A DNA stretch of 64,000 bases from NCBI GenBank assembly GCA_038229915.1, contig JBBRNY010000001.1:33693-97692 (forward strand), read 5' to 3'. Source of the stretch: Candidatus Kapaibacterium sp. (lineage in GTDB: Bacteria; Bacteroidota; Ignavibacteria; Palsa-1295). Below, in pieces: positions 9,258-18,417 of the stretch (position 1 is the first letter of the stretch; each line of letters starts with the position of its first letter). Under the pieces are notes generated by a model. The model was given only the letters and a program-made list of their open reading frames with translations, ran no database searches and was not told where the DNA came from. A program made the position numbers and the translations under genes.

Positions 9258-10583
9258 TTAAAAGTGGAAATAAATCCCGGTTGAGATCTCCACGTTTAAG
9301 TTTGCTTTGTCATCGGTCACCCCAGGCGCAACACCTGTTCCGGCATTAAAGCTACTGCTGGTAATAATATCTTGGTATTGTGTTGCCACGTTGCTATTGA
9401 TCCTCGAACCACGGAGCCCGAGCAAGACACCAACATCACCCGTTACATCATATCGAACGCCAAGCTCAGAGCTGATGATCGGGCCGAGGGTCGAAGCAGC
9501 AAGCCCGACATTTGCCGCGAAGGTAAGTCTTGAGCTGATCGGTTTGCGATACTCAATAAGACCACCGCCCCAGACAGTCTGTTCGTGAACGAGATCACTA
9601 ACGATCTGATATTGCAATAGCGGAGCATTTGGATCAACAAACGTGGTGCTCAATTTTTTCTGCGTGACGTTTGCAGTGCCGAACGATGCGCCAATCCAAA
9701 ACTCCGGAGTGAGTTGATACTTCAAACTAATATCCGAGTTGGTAATGATCGGCATCGAAGTGTTGGTAGCAGCGGTATTCGGAAATTGTTTTCCGATACC
9801 TTCGTGTATTGCGAAATCAAAACGCTCGAGGAATCTCGGTGAATGTGTTTGCATCACGCCGCCGATACTTGGGTGTTCGCGCTGAGGGGCATTCGGATCG
9901 CGAATAAAACTAGCACTGGCTATTAGTGGTAATGCTTGCGGTATCTGAGTCAAACGCTGACGATCAATGAGCACCGGAAGAAGATCGACCGACAGATCCG
10001 AGCCGTTTGCTAATTGAGGTGTCTCTTGTATTAGGGGCGCTCCGATTGACTGGCGGTTAATATTTACTTCGCGACCACGTTTCTGCGAGTTCAAAATTTC
10101 CGAATTTCGGGCAACGATATTTGTGCTTGATGGTGTAGCCGTCTGTTGTCCGACATTCTCAGAAAGAGATTGTTTGATTTGTGAATCTGGGATAGTAGAA
10201 AGTTGTGAAGAATTATTTCCGCTCCATAATAAATAACCGGAGCTAAGCCCTATTAACAGGGCGGCGACCGCAACCGCACTCATTCTCCAAACACTTGAAG
10301 CAAGTATCCCTGTGCTTGTTGCAACACTTGTCGCGACCGGAACAGCTGAAACGACCGGCGACATCGCGCCGATAGCAGCCCATAATTTTTGTTCGGCTGA
10401 ATATGGCACAACGATCGCACTGCGATCGGCGCTGATAATTGCCGACTGCTTCATATAGCTACGTAAGATCTCGCGACGTTCGGGCGAAACCGAAAGTCGG
10501 TGCAGCAATTCCGCTTCCTGATCGCCGGAAAGACTTCCGTCGAGGAATTGTTGAAGCGACTCTGAAATATTTTCCATTCCCAT
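9258..10583 (-). CDS. membrane-anchored anti-sigma factor with C-terminal OMP beta-barrel-like domain
   Basis: Immediately downstream of the ECF sigma gene. N-terminal cytoplasmic anti-sigma-like helix (ESLQQFLDGSLSGDQEAELLHRL), a single TM (MSAVAVAALLIGLSSGYLLW), a Ser/Asn/Gln-rich linker, then about 150 aa of alternating-hydrophobic beta-strands ending GIYFHF (OMP_b-brl-like). Confidence 0.6.
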   Translation of the reverse strand: MGMENISESLQQFLDGSLSGDQEAELLHRLSVSPERREILRSYMKQSAIISADRSAIVVPYSAEQKLWAAIGAMSPVVSAVPVATSVATSTGILASSVWRMSAVAVAALLIGLSSGYLLWSGNNSSQLSTIPDSQIKQSLSENVGQQTATPSSTNIVARNSEILNSQKRGREVNINRQSIGAPLIQETPQLANGSDLSVDLLPVLIDRQRLTQIPQALPLIASASFIRDPNAPQREHPSIGGVMQTHSPRFLERFDFAIHEGIGKQFPNTAATNTSMPIITNSDISLKYQLTPEFWIGASFGTANVTQKKLSTTFVDPNAPLLQYQIVSDLVHEQTVWGGGLIEYRKPISSRLTFAANVGLAASTLGPIISSELGVRYDVTGDVGVLLGLRGSRINSNVATQYQDIITSSSFNAGTGVAPGVTDDKANLNVEISTGIYFHF

Positions 10584-10609
10584 CTCTATTGTTGATCCCT
10601 ATAAAATTG

Positions 10610-11200
10610 TTATTGTTCGTCTCGATAATATGGCTCTAATATTTTGCGAAGTTCTTCGCGAGCCCGATATATTCTACTTTTGACTGCGGCGATCGTCAGT
10701 TTCATAACCTCGGAAATTTCCTGATAGCTCAACCCCTGATATTCGAAGAGCACAAACGGCTCGCGATTTTCTGGCGGTACTTGCTCGAGCGCAGCCTGTA
10801 TTCTGGCTGCCCAATCTTCTCCCATTTCCGGATTACTCGAACTGAGACTGATATAATTATCAATGCTATCATGATCTTTACGATCGCGAATTCTATTGAG
10901 GCAAAGATTGTGAGCGATCGTAAATATCCAACCGGAAATACTTTTTTCTTCGGTGAATTGATAGGCTCGCTGCCACACTCTGATAAACACTTCTTGAAAT
11001 AGATCTTCAGCTTCTTGAGCATTGCCGAGCATTCTTAGGCAATAGGCATAGACCCTCTGGCGGTAGCGAAGGTACAGCTCGGTAAATGCCTCACGCTTTC
11101 CTTCTCGGAATGCGCGAAGCAACGCAATCTCATAAGACTGATCCTGTTCGTTCGGACCTATCCCAGAGCGTCTTTCCACTGTTTGTAAAGCTGGTGCCAC
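10610..11200 (-). CDS. ECF-type RNA polymerase sigma-70 factor
   Basis: Region 2 (YLRYRQRVYAYCLRMLGNAQEAEDLFQEVFIRVW) and region 4 (LSYQEISEVMKLTIAAVKSRIYRAREELR) motifs. The ORF has no ATG near its 5' end; a GTG/TTG start is likely. Confidence 0.85.
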   Translation of the reverse strand: MAPALQTVERRSGIGPNEQDQSYEIALLRAFREGKREAFTELYLRYRQRVYAYCLRMLGNAQEAEDLFQEVFIRVWQRAYQFTEEKSISGWIFTIAHNLCLNRIRDRKDHDSIDNYISLSSSNPEMGEDWAARIQAALEQVPPENREPFVLFEYQGLSYQEISEVMKLTIAAVKSRIYRAREELRKILEPYYRDEQ

Positions 11201-11239
11201 CGCGATTCGATAGCTTAGTGAATTTTAGGGTACTTCCCT

Positions 11240-11268
11240 ATAATAAAGCAACACCATAGGAGAGTCAA
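11240..11268 (-). promoter_or_regulatory. putative sigma70-type promoter for the ECF sigma / anti-sigma operon
   Basis: Read on the minus strand: TTGACT, 17 nt, TATTAT, about 35 nt upstream of the sigma start. Confidence 0.45.
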
Positions 11269-11328
11269 AGTTGCAAGACCAAAAGCACTTATTTACACCT
11301 AATACGGTAACTCACTTAATATCAATGA

Positions 11329-12246
11329 TTAACCGTTGATATTTATCGCCGCCCTCACAAAGCCGTCTGCATCTGCAATAAGCTTCTTGGCTTCTTGTGG
11401 GCTTACTGATCTTTTCTGCATTACGATAGCGCTCTTGACGTGATTGCCGCTGGTCTTTAATAACTCGGCTGCTTTCTCGTACTCAACTCCTGTTGCTAAC
11501 ATAATTATACGTTTTGCCCGCTCGCTGAGTTTCTGATTGGTGAGTTGGAGATCGACCATCATATTTTCATACACTTTTCCGAGACGAACCATCGTCGTGG
11601 TCGTGATCATTGTTACGATCATTTTTTGTGCTAATGCTGATTTCATTCTTGTCGAACCCATCAATACTTCGGGACCAACGACAGGACAGATCGCTTCGAA
11701 TAAATAACTCGTATCAAGACTTTCGCGTGGGTTAGTCGTGATTAGGACAGCCGCGGAACCCAATTCCGACGCCTTCTTCAGAGCTCCTATCACAAATGGT
11801 GTGCGTTTGCTGGCGGCTATACCAATGACCATATCTTTATCACTACACCGTTGCAATGCAATTTCGAGCCCACCTTTTTCGCTGTTATCTTCAGCGCCTT
11901 CTTGCGAACGAAACACTGCATCTTTTCCGCCGGCAATAATAGCTTGTATCTGGGCAGGGCTTGTCCCAAAAGTCGGCGGACACTCCGCCGCATCGATCAC
12001 ACCCATTCTGCCACTGGTGCCGGCACCAACGTAAAATAATCTTCCGCCATTCGAAAGAAGAGAAACAAGTTTGTTCACTACTTTTTCGATCTGCGGTATC
12101 TCCAGTTTCACCACCTGCGCAACTTTGGCATCTTCATCATTGATGAGCTTCAAGATTTCGCCCGTGCTCATCGTATCCAAGTTCATAGAACTTGGATTGC
12201 GTTGCTCAGTTGCAAGGTTTGAGACTTCCGTAAATAGCTCTGTCAT
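11329..12246 (-). CDS. murQ: N-acetylmuramic acid 6-phosphate etherase
   Basis: SIS domain LFYVGAGTSGRMGVIDAAECPPTFG. 305 aa. Confidence 0.85.
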   Translation of the reverse strand: MTELFTEVSNLATEQRNPSSMNLDTMSTGEILKLINDEDAKVAQVVKLEIPQIEKVVNKLVSLLSNGGRLFYVGAGTSGRMGVIDAAECPPTFGTSPAQIQAIIAGGKDAVFRSQEGAEDNSEKGGLEIALQRCSDKDMVIGIAASKRTPFVIGALKKASELGSAAVLITTNPRESLDTSYLFEAICPVVGPEVLMGSTRMKSALAQKMIVTMITTTTMVRLGKVYENMMVDLQLTNQKLSERAKRIIMLATGVEYEKAAELLKTSGNHVKSAIVMQKRSVSPQEAKKLIADADGFVRAAINING

Positions 12247-12293
12247 ATACTATAAATAAAATTGTTTTTATTGATATTAATTTCCACGTGGAA

Positions 12294-14123
12294 CTATCGT
12301 AAAGACCCCACGAGAATTGAAATATCCGTTGGTGATACTCCGGGAAGTCTCGAAGCCTGTCCGATGGTTTCCGGTTTCACTTTTTCCAGCACTTCCCTTG
12401 CTTCGGTGCTCAGTGCTTTCAAGACCTTGAACGACAAGCCGATAGGTATCTTTTTGCTTTCATGCTCGCGAAGTTTTTCTATCTGATTCTTATGCTGTTT
12501 GATGTAGCCTTCATATTTGATCTCAGTATTCGCAAGTAATAATAGCTCCTCATTACAAGATAATAAAAGCTCTTTACCACTTTCATACTGCTCGAGCAGG
12601 TCTTTGATAGACGTACCTGTGGTAACGATATAACTCTTGATGGTCTGTTTGAGAGCCGGATCAGATGGTGTTGCGATCTTCTCCTTCTCAGACCATGCGA
12701 TCAACTTATCTAATAGCTCTTGCTTCCTGAGTACTCTATCATGGGCTGATTGATCGATCAAGCCAAATTCGAAAGCTTTCTTTGAGAGTCTCAGATCAGC
12801 ATTATCCTGCCTTAAGATAAGACGATGCTCGGCGCTCGAAGTAAAGAGACGATACGGCTCTTCCTGTATTTTATTTATAAGATCATCAATAAGCACCCCA
12901 ATATAGCCTTCGTCGCGAGATATAGTAAATTCGGGCATCCCTTTTATTTTTGCCGCGGCGTTCACACCTGCTACTATACCTTGGGCTCCAGCCTCTTCAT
13001 AACCCGAAGTACCGTTTATCTGCCCTGCAAAATAAAGGTTTTGAACATGCTTCGATTCAAGCGTATGAAAAAGCTGGTAAGCAGGAAAATAATCATACTC
13101 CACTGCATAGCCCGGGCGAATCATCACCACATTCTCAAGACCTGGCACTGTTTTTAATGCCACTAATTGGATATCAGCTGGAAGACTTGTCGAAAAGCCG
13201 TTCACGTAAACGACATCGCCGTCAGCTTCTTCGGGTTCGAGAAAGAGGTGGTGTTGGGTCTTATCCGGGAAGCGAGTTACCTTATCCTCTATAGATGGGC
13301 AGTATCTTGGCCCCTTACCGTGAATAACGCCAGTAAACATCGGCGACTCGGCAAAACCTTTAGCTAGCTCGGAGTGCGTTACTTCCGACGTGTAGGTAAT
13401 GTAGCAATGTATCTTATTCTTAATTTCGATATCCGATCGAGAAGAAAATGGGATGATCTCGTCATCACCTTGCTGTATCTCAAGATTTTCGGTATTGATG
13501 CTCTTCAAAGATATTCTTGGCGGAGTTCCGGTCTTCAATCTATAACTAACAAGGGACAATGCTCCATCGGGTTCTGTTCGCAATGAAGTTGGTTCTTCCC
13601 CAAACCGTCCACCAATTGTCTGGTTCAATCCGGTGTGCATTACCCCATTAAGAAATGTGCCTGCGCATATAATAACAGCCTTTGCAGTGAGTTTAGTACC
13701 ATCCGAGAGTACTACACCCTTCACTTGTCCACCAATTATCCATATTTTATGCACGTTGGCACTGACAATCATATCAGGATCAAGTTCACGAAGTTTGCGC
13801 TGAGCAATGATCGGGTACTGACTTCTTGAGACTTGGGCACGGGGCGACCAGATAGCAGGACCTTTGGATTTGTTGAGCATTCGAAAATGAAGCATTGCTT
13901 CATCAGCGATCTCACCCATTAATCCACCGAGCGCGTCGATCTCTCGCACGACCTGTCCTTTTGCTGTCCCACCGATAGCGGGATTACAGGAAAGCTCCCC
14001 TACTTTATCGGCGTGCAAAGACAATAGCCGAACCTTCAGCCCCATCCGATGGGCTGCCGATGCCGCTTCGATGCCGGCATGACCGCCACCAACTACGATA
14101 ATATCTGCGAATGGCTGTTCCAC
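12294..14123 (-). CDS. mnmG: tRNA uridine 5-carboxymethylaminomethyl modification enzyme MnmG (GidA)
   Basis: [20 protein letters not shown]-binding motif. 609 aa, adjacent to mnmE. Confidence 0.95.
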   Translation of the reverse strand: MEQPFADIIVVGGGHAGIEAASAAHRMGLKVRLLSLHADKVGELSCNPAIGGTAKGQVVREIDALGGLMGEIADEAMLHFRMLNKSKGPAIWSPRAQVSRSQYPIIAQRKLRELDPDMIVSANVHKIWIIGGQVKGVVLSDGTKLTAKAVIICAGTFLNGVMHTGLNQTIGGRFGEEPTSLRTEPDGALSLVSYRLKTGTPPRISLKSINTENLEIQQGDDEIIPFSSRSDIEIKNKIHCYITYTSEVTHSELAKGFAESPMFTGVIHGKGPRYCPSIEDKVTRFPDKTQHHLFLEPEEADGDVVYVNGFSTSLPADIQLVALKTVPGLENVVMIRPGYAVEYDYFPAYQLFHTLESKHVQNLYFAGQINGTSGYEEAGAQGIVAGVNAAAKIKGMPEFTISRDEGYIGVLIDDLINKIQEEPYRLFTSSAEHRLILRQDNADLRLSKKAFEFGLIDQSAHDRVLRKQELLDKLIAWSEKEKIATPSDPALKQTIKSYIVTTGTSIKDLLEQYESGKELLLSCNEELLLLANTEIKYEGYIKQHKNQIEKLREHESKKIPIGLSFKVLKALSTEAREVLEKVKPETIGQASRLPGVSPTDISILVGSLR

Positions 14124-14196
14124 GTGGAACGGTTGTTTAATTTAATGAAAAATACGAATAATAAATGTCTTTATGTGCTATAAATATGGAAATAGT

Positions 14197-15492
14197 TTAT
14201 TTTCCTATGCACATTTTACTAAAAATATAGTTTAAGTTATCTTCGGCTATGTTATATCCTAACAATGAAGCTATTTTATCAGCTGAAGAGCGAATGTCTT
14301 CGGCAACAATAGATATTTCATTGTTTTTCATTAAGTTAGCAAGCTGTTGCTTCGTGGCTTCAATGATCATGGACTCCGATCTCGATACGGAATACCCGGT
14401 TCTTGCTGAATCTATTAAGGAGATCATTGATGCAATGCTCGCGATCAAGCTCGGCAGTCCTTCGCCCGTCTGTGCCGATAAGAACATCCCTTTTCGAAAA
14501 CTATCGACATCGCATTTATTATGTACGACAATCTCGCCTTGCAAGGCTTGCACAGCGCGGCTTTCAGGGTCAGTTACTCGCAATATGACATCGGCACGCT
14601 CGGCGATGTTCGTCCCCAGGGCGATGCCCTTTGTTTCGATCAGATCGTTTGCCTCGCGAAGTCCGGCAGTATCGATCAGCTTTACCTTAAACCCTTCGAG
14701 CATCACGAAGGCTTCCACATAATCCCGGGTCGTACCCGGTGTTTCGCTAACGATGCTTCGTTCGTATCTCAGCAACGCATTGAAAAGACTACTCTTACCA
14801 ACATTCGGTGGGCCGGTTAGCGCGAGCGAATAATAGCCTTTATTTATTTGCTCATTGATAGCTTTATGCTCAAGTTCATCTAATTTGGCGAGGATCGTCT
14901 TTACTTGTACCTCGAAACCGAAAATTTCGACGTTATCGGACTCGCCAAAATCTATTTGTGCATTGACTTGAGCGAGCAACGAAATAATATCATCATAGAC
15001 AGCACGGAGGTGATCAAATTTTTCTGCCAATACACGCTCGACCGATCGGAGTGATCCTTCACTTGATGCATCGAGGCGCATCAAGGTTCGTTCGAGTTCT
15101 TCAAGCGTTTGTTTGCCGTTCATAAATGCGCGGCGCGAAAACTCACCATGCTCTGCAAGCCTTGCCCCATATAGCCGGAGCTGATTTCCGAGCATCTCCA
15201 TAATCACTGGGGAGCCATGCGTATGGAACTCTACAATGTCTTCGCCACTATATGAACGGGGCGCGCGCCAAACGGTTACAACCACATCATCAATATGATT
15301 GCCGCTCGAATCGCAAACATTGGTATAGAAAGAATCACCGCCAAGGGCAGTGAATATCTTTTCAGGCGTGTCAATACATTTTCCGGCAATACGAATAGCA
15401 TCCGCACCCGCGAGGCGAAGCGTAGCCAGTGCGCTCGAGCCAAGCGGCGTCGAGAGCGCGTAGATTGTATCGTGTAAAATTAACAGTGACAT
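14197..15492 (-). CDS. mnmE: tRNA modification GTPase MnmE (TrmE)
   Basis: GPPNVGKSSLFNALL G1 motif and the C-terminal CIGK. Confidence 0.95.
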   Translation of the reverse strand: MSLLILHDTIYALSTPLGSSALATLRLAGADAIRIAGKCIDTPEKIFTALGGDSFYTNVCDSSGNHIDDVVVTVWRAPRSYSGEDIVEFHTHGSPVIMEMLGNQLRLYGARLAEHGEFSRRAFMNGKQTLEELERTLMRLDASSEGSLRSVERVLAEKFDHLRAVYDDIISLLAQVNAQIDFGESDNVEIFGFEVQVKTILAKLDELEHKAINEQINKGYYSLALTGPPNVGKSSLFNALLRYERSIVSETPGTTRDYVEAFVMLEGFKVKLIDTAGLREANDLIETKGIALGTNIAERADVILRVTDPESRAVQALQGEIVVHNKCDVDSFRKGMFLSAQTGEGLPSLIASIASMISLIDSARTGYSVSRSESMIIEATKQQLANLMKNNEISIVAEDIRSSADKIASLLGYNIAEDNLNYIFSKMCIGK

Positions 15493-15504
15493 TAGAGCAA
15501 CCTA

Positions 15505-15550
15505 AAAACAGAAAGTTCTCTGTTTGGGTGTCATCCAAACAGAGAACTTT
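15505..15550 (-). terminator. hairpin terminator between yidC and mnmE
   Basis: Perfect 16-bp inverted repeat AAAGTTCTCTGTTTGG / CCAAACAGAGAACTTT with a 7-nt loop, followed on the minus strand by UGUUUUUAGG. Confidence 0.65.
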
Positions 15551-15595
15551 AAAACTGCATTACTCGAAAATTAAAGAACCACGAGTTACTATAAC

Positions 15596-17431
15596 TTATT
15601 TTTTCTTCTTTGGTGGAAGTGGTTTCTTCCCTGCCATTGTGTCTTGACGTTGTTTACGAGCGTTCTTTTCCATATCCTGCATCCTTGACATAAAACCTTT
15701 CTTGCCTTGTGCTTGCATTTTTAATGCTTCAAGATCAAGCGGCGGAAGGAATTGCTTGTTATAGACTTGCTGTGCAATACCAAAAATATTGAACATAAAG
15801 TAATAGAGCGCAACACCTGACGGCAAATTATTGAACAAGAACGTAAAGAAGATCGGCATAATATATGCCATTGTTTTTTGGCGTGGGTCGGTCGTTTGGA
15901 ATGCGGATTGCACGACCATCGTAATACCCATCAATAGTGTCAAGCCGGAAAGCTGATCGCCAATGATCGGTATATGGGTTCCTAACTTAAAGAGTGCATC
16001 GGGCACCGAAAGATCGTTGATCCAACTAACGAACGGAGCCTGACGAAGTTCGATCACATTGCGAAGCACTGCATAGAGCGCAAACAAGATCGGCATTTGC
16101 AAGATCATCGGCAAGCAGCCGCCGGCGGGGTTTACGCCGTAAGTTCGATACATCTTGAAGGTTTCTTCTTGCTGTTTTTTCTGATCGTCTTTATACTTTT
16201 CCCGGACTTCGGTCATCAATGGCTGCAACGCTTGCATCTTGCGCATCGCCTGCATTTGGCTGCGAGTGAATGGCATCGTTACGAGTTTGATCATGATCGA
16301 GAAGACGATGATCACTAATCCCCAATTCGAAATAAAACCGTGGAGCCACATAAAAAATGGGAACAGCACGTAGATGCTGATCGGGCGTACTAATAAACGC
16401 CATCCGAAATCCATAACGCCATCAAGTGCCGGTGCAATGGAAGTCAAGCGTTCATACTCTAACGGACCGAGATAATATTCTACTGAAAGTACTTCTTTAC
16501 CCGGCGAAGCGATCGGCAGCGAAACATTCATCACATAATGCTCGATCCTTCCGCCATCAGGAGCGGGGAAAGAATTGCCGGTGATCTCCGAGCTCACAGG
16601 GCGCGGGGTTTCGGGTATCATCGCCGCGAGAAAATACTGTGTACGTGCTGCGACGTATTCGACATCACCATTAAATGCTTTATGAACTACCTCGCCATTC
16701 TTGCTGGCATCAACTTCTTCCGAACCTACTTTTGAAACCGAGAAAGCACGTGCTACCTGTGACTCGCCATCAGTATGTGCTTCATTATATGGTATTGGAT
16801 TATCAACTGAAAGAGCATAACGATAGCCGCCGACTTTATTTTGCAAGCCATTGAGATGATACTCAATACGCATTGCATATTTATCAGAGTATATATGAAT
16901 GATCTTTTCGATCGAAGCCCCTGAGTCTATCTTCGCAACCATTCTGATCGTCAGTGAATCATGGTAACCGAGAGTCTTCTGAGAGTTATCATCAATGGTA
17001 AACGGCAGATCTTTGGTTGATACTTTTCTGCCATCGGTTGCGACAAAAACAAGATTCACGTCACCCGATTTGACTGTTTTGTCAACCATCTCCAGTGGCG
17101 TGCGTTGAAATGTCTTATAATTTTTCAGTACCCAACTAATGATGTTTCCGCCGTGAGAAGAGATAACAGCACTTACCAACGGGGTTTCGATAAATTTCGA
17201 ACTTGCCGCCGTTGTGGTATCACTCGGAAATAACGCTGAGCGCATTTCCTGTGGGGCAATAGGTTTGGCAACCGTCGCAGGGCCGGTTGAGTCGGTTTTT
17301 GGGATAAAACTGTCTGTGACAACAGGTTTAGCAGGAGGTGGGACGCGTTTCGGTTGGCTGAAGATCATCCAAGAGAAAAACACCAGGGCGATCATCGCAA
17401 TGCCGATCGTAGTCGTACGTGTAGAATTCAT
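15596..17431 (-). CDS. yidC: membrane protein insertase YidC
   Basis: 611 aa with an N-terminal TM, a large periplasmic domain and a C-terminal five-TM core (LQPLMTEVREKYKDDQ...), ending in a Lys-rich tail. Confidence 0.9.
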   Translation of the reverse strand: MNSTRTTTIGIAMIALVFFSWMIFSQPKRVPPPAKPVVTDSFIPKTDSTGPATVAKPIAPQEMRSALFPSDTTTAASSKFIETPLVSAVISSHGGNIISWVLKNYKTFQRTPLEMVDKTVKSGDVNLVFVATDGRKVSTKDLPFTIDDNSQKTLGYHDSLTIRMVAKIDSGASIEKIIHIYSDKYAMRIEYHLNGLQNKVGGYRYALSVDNPIPYNEAHTDGESQVARAFSVSKVGSEEVDASKNGEVVHKAFNGDVEYVAARTQYFLAAMIPETPRPVSSEITGNSFPAPDGGRIEHYVMNVSLPIASPGKEVLSVEYYLGPLEYERLTSIAPALDGVMDFGWRLLVRPISIYVLFPFFMWLHGFISNWGLVIIVFSIMIKLVTMPFTRSQMQAMRKMQALQPLMTEVREKYKDDQKKQQEETFKMYRTYGVNPAGGCLPMILQMPILFALYAVLRNVIELRQAPFVSWINDLSVPDALFKLGTHIPIIGDQLSGLTLLMGITMVVQSAFQTTDPRQKTMAYIMPIFFTFLFNNLPSGVALYYFMFNIFGIAQQVYNKQFLPPLDLEALKMQAQGKKGFMSRMQDMEKNARKQRQDTMAGKKPLPPKKKK

Positions 17432-17530
17432 TCGCAGTCAGTGAGAGTCGTAACTCTGAAAATTAAGCCCGTTAAAACGCGCTATCGAAGTGGTTCGTTC
17501 AGGCTATGAAACACTGTCTTGGTGCTTCTT

Positions 17531-17560
17531 TTGCCGTAACTTTGCAGTTTCTACTATAAT
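17531..17560 (+). promoter_or_regulatory. putative sigma70-like promoter directly abutting the uppP start codon
   Basis: TTGCCG, 18 nt, TATAAT. The -10 ends 6 nt before the ATG at 17567, which implies a leaderless or near-leaderless transcript. Confidence 0.4.
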
Positions 17561-17566
17561 ACACGT

Positions 17567-18385
17567 ATGATGTTTCCTATCTGGATACAATCGATCATCC
17601 TCGGATTGGTCGAGGGGCTTACCGAATTCATCCCTGTTTCTTCTACTGGGCATTTGATCATCTTCGATCATTTGCTCAATTTCCAGAATGCACTCTCATC
17701 AGCTAACCAAGCCGAGCTTTTCGAGGTGGTGATACAACTTGGGGCAATACTCGCTATTGGTTTTCTCTATCGTGCGCGTCTCTGGAAAGCACTCAGCGCC
17801 ACAGAGACCGCTTCGGCGCCAGGGCGTTTGCGTTTACATTTGATCGTGGCGTTCTTGCCCGCAGCGATCTTCGGGCTTCTGTTTCATTCAAAGATCAAAG
17901 AATTTTTATTTTCGCCGACCACTGTTGCCATCAGCCTTATCGTCGGTGGTATCATTATGATCGTGATCGAAAAAATGATGAGTGGCAAAAAGCATTCGAC
18001 CGATACCAACACAATGACGATCAAGGATGCGCTGATCGTCGGGTTTTCGCAAGTGCTGTCGCTTATTCCGGGCGTGTCACGTTCGGGCGCAACAATAATG
18101 GGTGGTTATGCAGGCGGTATGAGTCGAGAATCAGCAACCGAGTTCAGCTTTTTGCTCAGTTTCCCTGTCATGATCGCCGCCAGCGGATATGAACTAATAA
18201 AATATCGTGATCTCTTAACCAAAGATATGCTCAGCATACTTGCAATAGGTTTCGTAGCAGCATTCTTCTCGGCACTGGTCGTTGTGCGCTGGCTCATTGG
18301 TTATGTCCGAAAGCACAGTTTTGTTGGGTTTGGGGTGTATAGGATTATTGTTGGTGTGTTAATTCTATTGTTTCTAATAGGGTAA
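17567..18385 (+). CDS. uppP: undecaprenyl-diphosphatase
   Basis: ILGLVEGLTEFIPVSSTGHLII and GVSRSGATIMGG BacA motifs. Confidence 0.9.
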   Translation: MMFPIWIQSIILGLVEGLTEFIPVSSTGHLIIFDHLLNFQNALSSANQAELFEVVIQLGAILAIGFLYRARLWKALSATETASAPGRLRLHLIVAFLPAAIFGLLFHSKIKEFLFSPTTVAISLIVGGIIMIVIEKMMSGKKHSTDTNTMTIKDALIVGFSQVLSLIPGVSRSGATIMGGYAGGMSRESATEFSFLLSFPVMIAASGYELIKYRDLLTKDMLSILAIGFVAAFFSALVVVRWLIGYVRKHSFVGFGVYRIIVGVLILLFLIG

Positions 18386-18417
18386 CTTCAGCCCTGCCCC
18401 ACCGTCTCTCCGTATTT

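Noticed and set aside
14249-14820. Plus-strand ORFs of 99-157 aa inside mnmE
   Set aside because: Antisense to a highly conserved GTPase gene. Spurious.
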